From assembly GCF_001194135.2 (NCBI RefSeq), contig NC_068983.1, positions 48,777,811-48,841,810 on the forward strand: a stretch of 64,000 bases of DNA, in the 5' to 3' direction. The position numbers were made by a program, and so were the translations under genes. Every line of letters starts with the position of its first letter. Positions within the stretch are counted from its first letter, which is position 1. Source of the DNA: Octopus bimaculoides. Lineage: Eukaryota. The notes beneath the pieces were generated by a model. The model did no database searches and was not told where the DNA came from. It saw only the letters and a list, made by a program, of their open reading frames with translations. Positions 12,956 to 25,544 of the stretch are shown here, one piece after another.

Positions 12956-13829
12956 TCGGCCTAGCCTAGTCTAAAGACAAGTTAAATATTGTCTCCTGGA
13001 ACTAATTAAAGACTTAGGGTTAGATATGCTTGTACACACACACACACATATATATATGAGCTGGACTGTTGTTTATGAATGCTTGTGAAAAAGACAAATT
13101 TAAATATGTAAACACTCACTCAAGGGTGTATATAATCGTAAAAGCTCTTCAAGGTGAAGACTAGTTTCGCCGGAGTTCACCGACACAAGGAGGAAAAATA
13201 ACGAAAGTCTATGTCAATACTGACATCGGTATGCACAGTTGTAAAATCTGTGAGCTCATACTGATTTCTATAGAACTATTAGCCATGCAACTTTCTCAAT
13301 ACGATTACCAAATCTGCCATACCGTTTAAACAAACACTGCAATATGTACGTTATAAGAATACATTCAACAATGCCTTCAAATTTGGGAAAGCATTGCTGT
13401 AAATATCAACGTGACTCACGAATTTCATATCAGTGCAACATGTGTTCTTAAAGTATAAATCCATAACTGCGTTAACAGTGTGATATATTCTGAAATAATG
13501 ATGCTTTTTTTTATTATTATTCCCCAATAAATTAATTAGATTGGTTGTTACACAAATAAAACATCAGTTTGAAAAGCGAAGTGAGAAAGGCTACAAGCAT
13601 TTTAGAATATTAACATTCACAAACGTGCTTTCAATAAAAATCAAAGCATATATTCTATTTATATGTTCTATTAATACATGATGCGCTGATTTTAATATTA
13701 CTTACGCTATCGGAAGGGTGAAATAATTCGATATATAATTTAATATATTACAAAATCATTTATAACGCAATTCGCACACACAAAAAACACGCACACACAC
13801 AAGTATGCATGTCATAGTTCAGTCTTATT

Positions 13830-14040
13830 TGAAGATTTCTTGCCAATAGAGAAAGAGCCGGTTTCTAACCTAGATTCAAGNNNNNNNNNNCGACGCTCTT
13901 CCGATCTTTGTTTGTATGGACGTATGTATATCATTACTCAGTTTATTTCAAGATTTCTTGCCAATAGAGAAAGAATCGGTTTCTAACCTAGATACAGCAT
14001 CCCTTCATTAGCATTTTAACATCAACAACAGGGTATTTTG
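13830..14040 (+). repeat. Two copies of an unclassified repeat on either side of a 10-N gap
   Basis: aagatttcttgccaatagagaaaga..cggtttctaacctagat at about 13830-13875 and 13950-13993. Confidence 0.75.
13891..13907 (+). other. Illumina adapter fragment (assembly contamination)
   Basis: cgacgctcttccgatct equals the last 17 nt of ACACTCTTTCCCTACACGACGCTCTTCCGATCT and directly abuts the N gap. Confidence 0.95.
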
Positions 14041-14139
14041 TATGTATGCATGTATGTACTATGTATAGATTTGTATATTATATGTATGCATTCTCATGCA
14101 TAGAGTTACATATCTAGACATGCTTATATATATTTAAAT

Positions 14140-15110
14140 TAGCTTTCTCCTTGGATTGTGCCTTTGCGATATTGTATTCTATCGGTGATAATACAATCAC
14201 TCTTAGTGTTTAATTTCAAGACGGTGGCCCACGATGAATTCAGGTCAGCTATGGCTTTGACTATTCTCATTGAAACTTTAGGTCTCTAGCATCCATGAGT
14301 GGGGAACAGAGTCAGAGGCGTTCTTGTAATCTAGCCACATTGAAACTAGGTTCTTCCTATGCTCTCGCATCTCTGACATAAGTTTTGTTGATTAGCAAAT
14401 ACTCGACACATCCCCATACACCCTTCTTCCCAGCTGCTTGTTCTGCCGTCATAATGTTATCGGTTTCATGATGGTCTTGGAGGAAGAGGTTTAAACATGC
14501 CGTATATATCTTACACATTAGGTTCTGGCATGCAATTGCCCGGTACGTTTGTGGCATGCGAGTAGTTCTGCATTTGGGGATCAATCTTGTCTCTGCCAGA
14601 GCTAGCCAGTGTGGTATGCTTCTGTTCCTAGTGAAAGATTGCTGGTACAGATTGATAAAATTTGGTCGGTAGAAAGTTACCTTCTTGTACCAATATCTAA
14701 CAATCAAGCCTCGTACAGGAGCTTTTCCATCCTGGAGTTTCAGGGTCATAGTTGCAAGAGTTTCGCCATCAATGTTGTATGTCTTAGCTGTAACGCAGGA
14801 GCAATAACTGTTTCAGATAACTTCTAGCCACAGAGCATCTTGGTTAAATTCCTTCTCTTCACTCAGATCTTCCTCCAGATGGAGTCTATGTCGTCTCGTG
14901 AAGGAGCTTCCGTGATATTTATCATTCACGTACTGTTTTACAGTAGTCGCCAGCGCATTAATCTGCCAGTATGTGGGTTCGTCACACTGTTGTAAATATT
15001 CATCACCAATTTTTTAACAGCTTAATACCTTATCTGGTGGGTTTTCATTTTGTTAGAGAATTCTCTCTTCTCGAGAGAGTCCTTCAAAGCTAAATTTTCT
15101 CGGAAAATTT
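14140..15110 (-). mobile_element. R4/Dong-clade non-LTR RT remnant
   Basis: PHWL...TRLIPK...YRAIACQNLMCKIYT...EQAAGKKGVWGCVEYLLINK, then RKNLVSMWLDYKNASDSVPHSW and KGTIQGES; stops and frameshifts present. Confidence 0.85.
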
Positions 15111-15346
15111 CACTAAGGGCACATTTCACCGGCATATAATCCTGACTATCACTACTACTACAACAATAATCGTGTGAGAAGTTTGTAATTGCAGTGAACT
15201 TGACCTCAGTGGAGGGCACACTTACTAATTTGTCGATGCTGGAAAGATGAAAGGCAAATATAACATCTGTGGGAGGAGAATACAGATTGCAACGCTTTTC
15301 CTCTGATAGGTTTTAAGCTTAACAGTCCTAAATATTCGTTTCATAG

Positions 15347-15441
15347 AGTCACTACAAAATAACATTCAATTACTGCACGAAATATCAGCATTGAAGCATA
15401 AAGTGCAACAATTTCGAAATTTCTTTGAACATGATCTCACG
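15347..15441 (+). CDS. Candidate penultimate coding exon of an unidentified coiled-coil-like protein
   Basis: Acceptor ttcgtttcatag, donor acg|gtagtt, 95 nt open: xSLQNNIQLLHEISALKHKVQQFRNFFEHDLT. Confidence 0.5.
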
Positions 15442-15517
15442 GTAGTTCACTCACTCATTCCTTATATTAAAAAACAAACAATTCAGTGAGGAGCTGAACA
15501 ACTCTTATATTTACTAG

Positions 15518-15568
15518 GCTAAAGAAACTGTTCAAAGAGTTCAGAAACTGTTGGAGTCTTCTAAATAA
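15518..15568 (+). CDS. Candidate terminal coding exon
   Basis: Acceptor cttatatttactag, phase 0 matching the upstream donor; AKETVQRVQKLLESSK*; AATAAA overlaps the stop; 76-nt intron. Confidence 0.45.
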   Translation, partial: AKETVQRVQKLLESSK

Positions 15569-16319
15569 ATGTGTTACATTTATTTAGTACATTCTGCTAT
15601 CAGAACAGTGAAAAACATGCTTGGAATTCTCAATTCTAAAACATTCTGCATTTAAGTTTGGAGTTAATTTTGTCACCGTTAAAATAAGTAACTGTCAAGT
15701 ATTGTTAGAGACTGACTCAAGGACAAACACATTGAGGAGTGAAGTATCGCTTTGTGAGAAATACTAATTTACTATTGTGTTAATCCTGTGAAATAACATC
15801 ATTGCTACTGCTTCAGTTACATGTGTTATCAGAACTGTCGAATGAAGTACATATATATATGGTGAATTCACAAAAAAAAAAAAAAAAAAAAAAAAATACG
15901 GAGACAGGTGGTTTAGAAAAACAGATGTATTAGTATAATGCTCCAGGATTAAATATATACCACGTTTTGCATCGGTATATGGAAACACGAAGATGTTCAA
16001 GTACGTAAGGCTTTTATATGCATTTTCAGGAAAAACCTAATTCTGTTTGTGAGCCTATACTCACACTCATGTATATGGGTGCATAATTATTTTTTGTACG
16101 TTTGCCATGTATGCAAAGAGCCTGAATATTTGGGTGTGAATTTAGTCGATTATATCGAGCCCAAGTCGTCAACAGGTAATTATTTTATCGACTGCGAAGG
16201 GATGAAAGGCAAAGTCTACTGCAAAGGAATAAGAACACAATAAAGCTGCCAAAATACTGCTAGGCTTTTATTTTGGCATGCTAGCAATTCTGCTCCACCG
16301 CCGCCTTTATTGATGCCCA

Positions 16320-16503
16320 TATGTGCACACACACACACGCACACACACAGATATATACACACATAGATATATATATATACATGCACACAGATATATACAC
16401 ACACACACACACATATATACACACACACACACACATGTATATACACACACACACACACATGTATATACACACACATGTATATATATACACACACACACAC
16501 ATG

Positions 16504-16542
<39 letters not shown>

Positions 16543-16592
16543 ATATGCACACACACATATGCACACATATACACACACACACACATATATAG
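16320..16592. repeat. Compound (CA)n/(TA)n microsatellite
   Basis: Direct reading. Confidence 0.95.
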
Positions 16593-17179
16593 GCAACTCA
16601 TATGCATGTTTCTATTCTAAAACCAAATATATTATCCAAGAAGCATACAACCTTCACCTCTATTTCCTCTCCGTTCTTCCTCCTCCCACTCATCATCATC
16701 ATCATCATCGATATCAAAGACCAGCAGAGATATATCCTTTTGTTCTCTCAAGTAGGAACAAAAAATAGCATTGAAAGCGCAAGCTTGTTTGGTATTGCTC
16801 CACGTGTATTCCCCTTACAACTTTGCAGATATTCGTTTCTAATTAATTAGCGCACGTGTGTTCCGGACCTTGCCTCTCAAAAACCATTTTCTGCGATGCT
16901 TTGTTCTTATGCTTTTTTAATATTTTCCCTGAGCTATTTTATTTTACATATTTCTATTAACAACAACAACGACAAATATAATAATAATGATAATAATAAT
17001 CGTTATTATTCATTTTTTTTATTATTCTTTCGTTCTCCTGCAAAAACACAGAAAATAGACATTTAAAAATAGAAAATATTTAAGACTATATTCAACACTG
17101 AATCACTCAATCATAATGAATTCCACATCAGAAGAACCCCAACAAATAAAATATGAACAAAATATAAACGAAAACAACT

Positions 17180-17335
17180 ACAAGAGAACTACTAGTACTA
17201 GTGGTAGTAATAGTAGTGGAAGCAGCAGTAACGGCATGAAGAACAGCTAGGATGATGACGATGATAGCGATGGGGACGATCACGACGACGATGATGATGA
17301 CGATAATAATATAATAATGATAATAAAATTACAAT
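17180..17335. repeat. Degenerate trinucleotide tract (AGT/GAT/AAT)
   Basis: Direct reading. Confidence 0.85.
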
Positions 17336-17394
17336 AAAACAAATGCTGAGAAAGTGCGGCTAGCTGACAGAAACGTTAGCACACCGGGCTGAGC

Positions 17395-18810
17395 TTTTTT
17401 CCTGCTGACTACTTGATAAATTCTTATAAAGATCTTATCCTATATTATATTATAAATAATTAGAATATATTCAATGCTGAATATTATTCTGTATAAGCAC
17501 GTGTTACTGAGATGCAACCGGATAAATTCCAACCTCTTTCACGGATATATAATGATGAATAGAAGTCATCGTACTATGTTGGCTACATCGTGGTATGTTT
17601 GATTTTTGTTTATTTTTCATGTGTCTCGTCCATACGTGTACTGATGAACAAAAGAGGCAGCTTACTTCGCAGTTTTGCTGTATTAATTGAGAAACCAGTG
17701 GTTTGCCGTTAAGTTAAATGTTTTTAGGAGATTAATTTTTGAAATTTGCATTCCCTCGCTTTCGGTAAATATGTTGCTTATTTTTTGGTAGTTTTTGACT
17801 TGTTTAGTCCCTCTAAGCGTGAAGCATTACTATATAGTTAATGCCCTTATATAAATTTATATATATTTATGGAAAGAAACGATGAGTTTTTTTCCTTATG
17901 GGTTTTTTTCACGCTGACTACTTGATAAATTCTTATAAAGATTTTATCCTATATTATATATACATATATATATAAATAATTATGTATGTGTGTGAGTGTG
18001 TCAAACTCGAGGATCGGTGAACCTCGGAGTACATGTATTCATAAACAGCCCAATATTTACACGCTATTATTAATAGNNNNNNNNNNNNNNNNNNNNNNNN
18101 NNNNNNNNNNNNNNNNNNNNNNNNNNNNNNNNNNNNNNNNNNNNNNNNNNNNNNNNNNNNNNNNNNNNNNNNNNNNNNNNNNNNNNNNNNNNNNNNNNNN
18201 NNNNNNNNNNNNNNNNNNNNNNNNNNNNNNNNNNNNNNNNNNNNNNNNNNNNNNNNNNNNNNNNNNNNNNNNNNNNNNNNNNNNNATATATATATATATA
18301 TATATATATATAGTTTTAGGGTAAAGAACCAAGTTTCAAGAACTCATCGATGAAAATCCACTATCACATATAGAAAAATTAACAATTAAAAAAACAATAA
18401 ACGAGTAAAACATAATATAAGAGCATAACTATACAAGAATGCCTCGCGTTAACTACCGTAATAAACACATTTTTACCGAATGCGAGGAAATGCAGATTCA
18501 AAGAATTTCTATGTTTCTTGACTCTACTAAACTGACGAGTGAAGATTATATATTACTATAATGACCACAAAATCGGCGATCTATATTTCAGTCTGTTTTT
18601 AAAAGGCTAGCTTCTTTGAAGACTGCATTTCCTCGCATTCGGTAAAAATGTGTTTATTACGGTAGTTAAGGTGCGGCATTCTTGTATAATTATGCCCTTA
18701 TATATGTATAAATAAATAAATATGACTTAGGGAAAATCGATAGATTCTTCCCCGTAAATTGTTTTCACGTTAGCTACTTGATAAATTCTTATATAAGAGT
18801 TTATCCTATT

Positions 18811-18812
<2 letters not shown>
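17395..18812. mobile_element. Cluster of direct and inverted copies of one repeat end, probably Penelope-like termini
   Basis: ctacttgataaattcttata occurs 3 times (about 17410, 17919, 18774); about 90-bp inverted arms at 18416-18505 and 18612-18704; diverged direct copy at 17740-17950. Confidence 0.65.
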
Positions 18813-18895
<83 letters not shown>

Positions 18896-19606
18896 AACAT
18901 TACACACATTTACATATACGTATATACATATGTGTATATGAGCGTTTACACACATATGTGTATTGATATGTAAATGTACAAATGCATGTTAATTATGCTA
19001 CCACTTTCGAAAGTGCTTCATGATAGAATTCTATGAGACAGTATGGGTAATAGTTTCTTTTAATTGAAGATATAATCATGTATCCAGTTTTCATCTCAAA
19101 TCAGAGTATGCCCTAGAATCGAGTTATCCGGTTTAACGGAACATTATGCTGCAAATAATTTAAACACTAGCGACGTACGGTGGGAAAGCTACTGTATCTC
19201 AAATGCGGAAAATTTACTGCTTATAAAAATTAACCGATAAATAAATATTTCTTAGTTCGAAATGAAATTAACAAAAGAACAATGAGGGAAATGAATCAGA
19301 ACAACTCTTTTATGAAAGAAAATTGTCATCTGTAAACATTCTAAGCTGTAAATTCATAAACTTCTTTGAACTCAAAATATTTCCCGTGCAAATTTCTTTT
19401 TTCCTTTTTAAGGAAGAAATAAGAAAAATAATGATGAAAGGAAGACTGAAACTGTTTGCATTTATTTGTATTTATTGAATTACTAATTGAGGTGTCTATT
19501 CTTTTATTTATTACGATACTTTTTGTGAGGTTTTGTTCAACACATCCATGTACAGACGTACATCTATATTACACACGTATGTATGTGTTATGCATACATA
19601 CACACA

Positions 19607-19657
<51 letters not shown>

Positions 19658-19878
19658 NNNNNNNNNNNNNNNNNNNNNNNNNNNNNNNNNNNNNNNNNNN
19701 NNNNNNNNNNNNNNNNNNNNNNNNNNNNNNNNNNNNNNNNNNNNNNNNNNNNNNNNNNNNNNNNNNNNNNNNNNNNNNNNNNNNNNNNNNNNNNNNNNNN
19801 NNNNNNNNNNNNNNNNNNNNNNNNNNNNNNNNNNNNNNNNNNNNNNNNNNNNNNNNNNNNNNNNNNNNNNNNNNNNNN

Positions 19879-19916
<38 letters not shown>

Positions 19917-21612
19917 GTACATAGATAAATATATGTATATATACATATATATTAGTTAAAATAATACAAGATGTAATAAAACATCAGAAGCAAATTAATC
20001 ATAGTTTTTTTTATTGATTGAATCACGTCAAGCAGAAAGTTAAAGATATTAAAAAACAATGTGACAGAAACAACTCCTCCATTATCTATTTTCATTGTTT
20101 TAATGTGTTATATAATTTCTTGTTTTCCTTCATAAGATGGGTTAAATATGACAGGATAGCTATCTGTCGATCTTCATATGAGCGTTCGGACACAAAGTTC
20201 TAATGCAAATGAGATTGTAGTTATTATGTCACTCTGGAAATGTCTGTGTTTAAGCTATCAATAAATCTTTATACAGGTTTCCGGACAGGGGTTTTCAATG
20301 CAAATGAGAAGACAGTAGTTGTTTGGTCACGTTGGTTAAAATTGATGTTTACACGATAACGTATACACTATGAGAGCCTGTCATAAATAGTGTTATCTAA
20401 ATTTCATATTTATCGTTTATTAAATCATTCTGTAGTTTAAAGTAGTTAATATTTCAAGTTTTGCCAGCCTTTTATCCGAAACTTAAGATTGCTTTTATAC
20501 ATCTTCGACACATTGTTTCCGTTTGATCTGCTACGTCTCTTCACATTGATAACAGTGATATATCTATAAGCCTGTGATAGAAACAGTTTCTTTTTTAATG
20601 TAAGTTTGACGGTAGGTCGAATTGTTACTACGTATCTTAAGTAGAACGGAATTAATGTTCGGATAAGTTACCAGTATCTTAATGTGGTTCTTTCGTATTG
20701 GGTTAACAAATAATCAACTTTAATATATTTTCCTATCTTACAGTGGAGAAATAATTTTTGGTGTATAATATGCATTATATATATGTGTGTGTGTTGAAAA
20801 GGTTAAACGATAACGCTCACACAGTAGGAAAAAAAAAAGCTTCTTTCCCCAAATGGTATCATCTTGATAAGATTTCATAACATTTTTTGAAAAATAAAAA
20901 AAAATAAAAATAATCACCTTTACATTTGAAAATTGTAATAATTCTCATAGACTTTTAAATAAATAAATAAATANNNNNNNNNNNNNNNNNNNNNNNNNNN
21001 NNNNNNNNNNNNNNNNNNNNNNNNNNNNNNNNNNNNNNNNNNNNNNNNNNNNNNNNNNNNNNNNNNNNNNNNNNNNNNNNNNNNNNNNNNNNNNNNNNNN
21101 NNNNNNNNNNNNNNNNNNNNNNNNNNNNNNNNNNNNNNNNNNNNNNNNNNNNNNNNNNNNNNNNNNNNNNNNNNNNNNNNNNNNNNNNNNNNNNNNNNNN
21201 NNNNNNNNNNNNNNNNNNNNNNNNNNNNNNNNNNNNNNNNNNNNNNNNNNNNNNNNNNNNNNNNNNNNNNNNNNNNNNNNNNNNNNNNNNNNNNNNNNNN
21301 NNNNNNNNNNNNNNNNNNNNNNNNNNNNNNNNNNNNNNNNNNNNNNNNNNNNNNNNNNNNNNNNNNNNNNNNNNNNNNNNNNNNNNNNNNNNNNNNNNNN
21401 NNNNNNNNNNNNNNNNNNNNNNNNNNNNNNNNNNNNNNNNNNNNNNNNNNNNNNNNNNNNNNNNNNNNNNNNNNNNNNNNNNNNNNNNNNNNNNNNNNNN
21501 NNNNNNNNNNNNNNNNNNNNNNNNNNNNNNNNNNNNNNNNNNNNNNNNNNNNNNNNNNNNNNNNNNNNNNNNNNNNNNNNNNNNNNNNNNNNNNNNNNNN
21601 NNNNNNNNNNNN

Positions 21613-21645
<33 letters not shown>

Positions 21646-21655
21646 TAGGATGTTA

Positions 21656-21756
21656 CGGCCGGTCATAGAGTGACCATTGGTTTGGCTTCACACTTATTAC
21701 TGCTCAGTGCTTTATAAATGCTGTGAAACCAATGGGTACTTGATTATGACCCGCCA
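21656..21756. mobile_element. 101-bp MITE with TA flanks
   Basis: Left cggccggtcatagagtgaccattggttt and right gaaaccaatgggtacttgattatgacccgcca, TA on both sides; same TIR as 36841-37253. Confidence 0.7.
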
Positions 21757-22843
21757 TAACACTTTACTTCCTAAAAGATATATTACTGTTCTAACACTTT
21801 AAGTTGTACCTCGTGTGTAATATCACAATATTTGCATTAACACATTTATTCGGAGCAGTGTCGATAATGTTTTCCCTGTGACGACTTATTACTAAGATAC
21901 CTTTTTCAAAAGAAAATAAAAAATAAGTGATGTCCATTACAACAATTATTGTCCGTTTTATGAAATTTGTCTGGTTCTGTTTCTAATCTTGTCCTGAAAA
22001 TACAAAATGTGTAATGTCGAATGCTGCGACAGTCTAACTCGGGAAAACTTAATATACGTTTGCACTGCACACTTATATACGAGTATTTTTGACATATCTT
22101 ACAGGCACATCACACTTGAAATCCGCCGTAAAAAAACGCACCTGTTTAGGCGCGTGAAAGACCAGAAATTGGTACCGTTGCTATATCTTACTTGAAACTC
22201 CCTGACACTAGAATACATACCTTAGAGAATAATTCGCCATGCTTGTGTTAAAATAAGCCATTCAGCATATTATCTCCACTAAGTATGAACTGCAGTGTAT
22301 TTACTGTGAATCATTTGTAATCAACTGAAACGTCTCAGCAAACCTTACACTTTTCTAACGCAACATACACAACTTATGCATTTTTAAACATGTCACTATA
22401 AACTATATGCGACAAACTTCGCCAGATATCACGTAACTCACTTGCTTACAGATACACTATAAACGTTTTCCTTCCAGAAAGAATGATTTCATTTCTTAGT
22501 GTCGGACTTACTAAGGTGACAGTACTATCACATTACTATTACCATCAACATCAAATTAGTTTTTTTTTTCTCTTATTCTTCTATTTGTTCTGCAACCTAT
22601 TCTACAGAATTCTTTGCCAAGCGTCTAAGAGAGATGTAAATAATACGTATTTTCAGTCTTTGATTGGACAAAAATAAACTAACACACATATACAAGTTTA
22701 TGATCGACTTCTACATAGATTCCGCCTACCGAAAAAGACGTTGCTTGCCTAAGGTCGATAGTAAAAGAACACTTATCCAAGACGCTACGGCCTTAAAATC
22801 TGAAATTCTTAAACACACAGTTATATCAATACTTATATATTAT

Positions 22844-23216
22844 GAAGGCGAGCTGACAGAAACGTTCGCATGCCGGGCGAAATGCTTTACATTCCGAGTT
22901 AAATTTCCTTTAGGGGGCGATAAATTAAATACCAGTTGCGTACTGGGTGGGTCGATCTAATCGACTGCCCCCCCTCCCCAACAGTTTCGGGCCTTGTCCC
23001 TAGTGTAGAAAATATGTATTAAGAAGGCCGTGGGCTGGCAGAAACGTTAGCACGCCGGGTGAAATGTTTAGCGGTATTACGACTGTCTTTACGTTCTGAG
23101 TTCAAATTCCGCCGAAATCGACTTTGCTTTTCATCCTTTCCGTACTGGAGTCGATCTAACCGTCTGTCCTCCTCCCCCAAAATCCCGTAACTTGTGCCTA
23201 GAGTAGAAAAGAATAC
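22844..23216 (+). mobile_element. Two tandem SINE family 1 copies (22844-23015 and 23023-23216)
   Basis: Head, core and tail-B motifs; internal deletions. Confidence 0.85.
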
Positions 23217-24006
23217 TTATATATGAGTATTTTTGAAAGTGTCAGTAATCAATTTGTATTTTCCATTTATTTTATATTCATCAATTCTATGTACATTTCC
23301 GGCAGACTTAGATCCTAATTTTCGAATTAGTTCAGGACGCCGTTCTAAAAGCCACATATATTTGCTGCAGACTGAACTCGTGGGTGCAATTTTAATTGAC
23401 ACGCTCATTAAAAGAATTTTCTGTTTAAATTATTATTGGCCTCAACAATTCCGGAAGTTGAGCCGCTATAAGCTTTCTCCTCATTTGGTATGAACAAGAA
23501 ATAAGGGATTAAAAATGGCAAATTTCTGCAAAGCATTTGGCACTCTGAGCGATCAAGACTGCTAATGACTGCCCTCTCTTCGCCATAATTAAGTAATTTC
23601 TAATTTAGGAAGAATATCACGTATTTTATAGTAGTAAATTTTAGAGACGGTTGTAAAATTGCTCGTGATTTTTGCATTCTAGCTGAAACTATCAAAAGTG
23701 AAAACAAACTAGAGTTTAAACCAAAACATAAAGGATCATCACTTTATATCACATATAAATTTGTGTACATCTCAGCTGTTTGTGGTATTTACCATTCGTT
23801 TCTCCCACCGAGTGTTACTTCTTATGATGTCAGACGTACAATACTACAAGCAGAAGAAAAACTCCGTTCCTCTAACTGACATAAATTCACACATAATCAT
23901 ACACTAACCTCTGACATTATTCTCCCTCTCTCCCTCTCTCTCTCTCTCTCTCTTATCAAGTCCTAACTGCATAATCCCTTCTAGTACCACAGGTACAAGG
24001 TTTCCT

Positions 24007-24231
24007 ATTTCTTTACTACCCACAAGGGGCTACACACAGAGAGGACAAACAAGGACAGACACGGATTAAGTCGATTATATAGATCTTAATGCGTAACTGG
24101 TACTTATTTAACTGATCCCGATGAAAAGCAAAGTCGACCTCGTCGGAATTTGAACTCAGAACGTAGCGGCAGACGAAATACCGCTAAGCATTTTGCCCGG
24201 CGTGCTAACGTTTCTGTCAGTTCGCCGCCTT
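24007..24231 (-). mobile_element. SINE family 1 monomer (tail A)
   Basis: Head, B-box and core plus tail ttgtttgtcctctctgtgtgtagccccttgtggg. Confidence 0.9.
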
Positions 24232-25329
24232 TTTACCACCGGTACAATGTTTCTGCCATGCCTAACTACTTGAGTTTCATTTGGTTTGTAATAGACGAAG
24301 AACCGCGAACCTAAGATGCCCTTCAGAAATCACAACTTGAAAATTCATGCTAACTTGTTTTGAGGACATATAACTTTCCGTTGGCAACACACGAGCGCTT
24401 CACTAATATTGCATTATAAATGCGTCAATCAGGATTCACTGACGTCTTTTATTCTATTGCTAGCACTGCTTCTGAGTTGCAAGCGTTTGAACGCAACTAC
24501 TGACGCCTTATCCTCGTCACATTATTAACGACCAAGTAGATGCTCCCATATTTTCTAAAACAGTTCATGGAAACTACATTTTTGATGTAGCAGAATATGG
24601 GCTTCGGAATTGTTCTTTGTACGCCAATTGAAGACACTAACATACACAATATACTTAATTTACTAACTCCTTTCACTGTAAATTTGAACAAGTAAGTTCT
24701 CGAGAAATCATTTCATTTGATTACATATATTTGCTACTTTGTGTTTTACTAGCTGTGTCATATTTAAATTGTCCTTCACGCCAGCAGCAGAAGCAAAGAC
24801 AATAAATTACTGCTGCTATATTCTTCCATAGAATTTTGACTGACACTATTTTTATTTGCCATGGTATGAAATGTAGATCGCTATGAAAATTGGATTTCTC
24901 GCAATTTTTTAAAGTAGAACACTACGCGTTATTTTGTTTACGTGAATTTAATTTATTTCTCCGTGTTTCTTTTTGTAGTTCCAGAGGCGTGTACAATTTT
25001 AGTCACCATGGTTGAAATTTTTAGCAGCAGAAAAATCTGTTGGTCGAATTTTAAACTTTTAATTTTTTATGAAAGATTGAAAAAAGAAAAAAAAAACCAA
25101 CGATAAAACCGGCTTATCTCTCACTCACTCTTTCTCTTAGTCAAATTCTTTCACTGCCTCTCTCTCTCTCTCTTCTCAACACACAGCTCACATAAAATTT
25201 CTGTTCAGCTTAGCGTCTAATCCTATAATTTGTTGAAATCACACAAGCGATATGTAACGTCCTGTTGATAATGATGATGACAACCTCAACGACGACTTCG
25301 ATGATGATGTTGATTTTTTTTTTCTCTTT

Positions 25330-25520
25330 TCAGAACAAGGCCAGCAATTATGAAAGGAGGAGATTATTCAATACCATCGATCTAAGCACGTGACCTTTAT
25401 TTTGTGTATGCTAGAGAAATGAAAGCAATGTTGACCTCGCAAGATCTGAACTCTGAACACAAAGGGACTGATCAAATACCAGGAGTCGTTTTTCTAACGC
25501 TCAAACGATTCTGTCAGATC
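25330..25520 (-). mobile_element. Old SINE family 1 copy
   Basis: aaatgaaagcaatgttgacctcgcaagatctgaactctgaac is a degenerate core and B-box. Confidence 0.55.
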
Positions 25521-25544
25521 ATAACAAAACAACAACAGCCTGGG

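Noticed and set aside
17986-21666. Long ORFs containing X runs
   Set aside because: Read-through of N gaps
22605-22640. EFFAKRLRE resembles an annexin repeat
   Set aside because: Nine residues followed by a stop; no other annexin exons found
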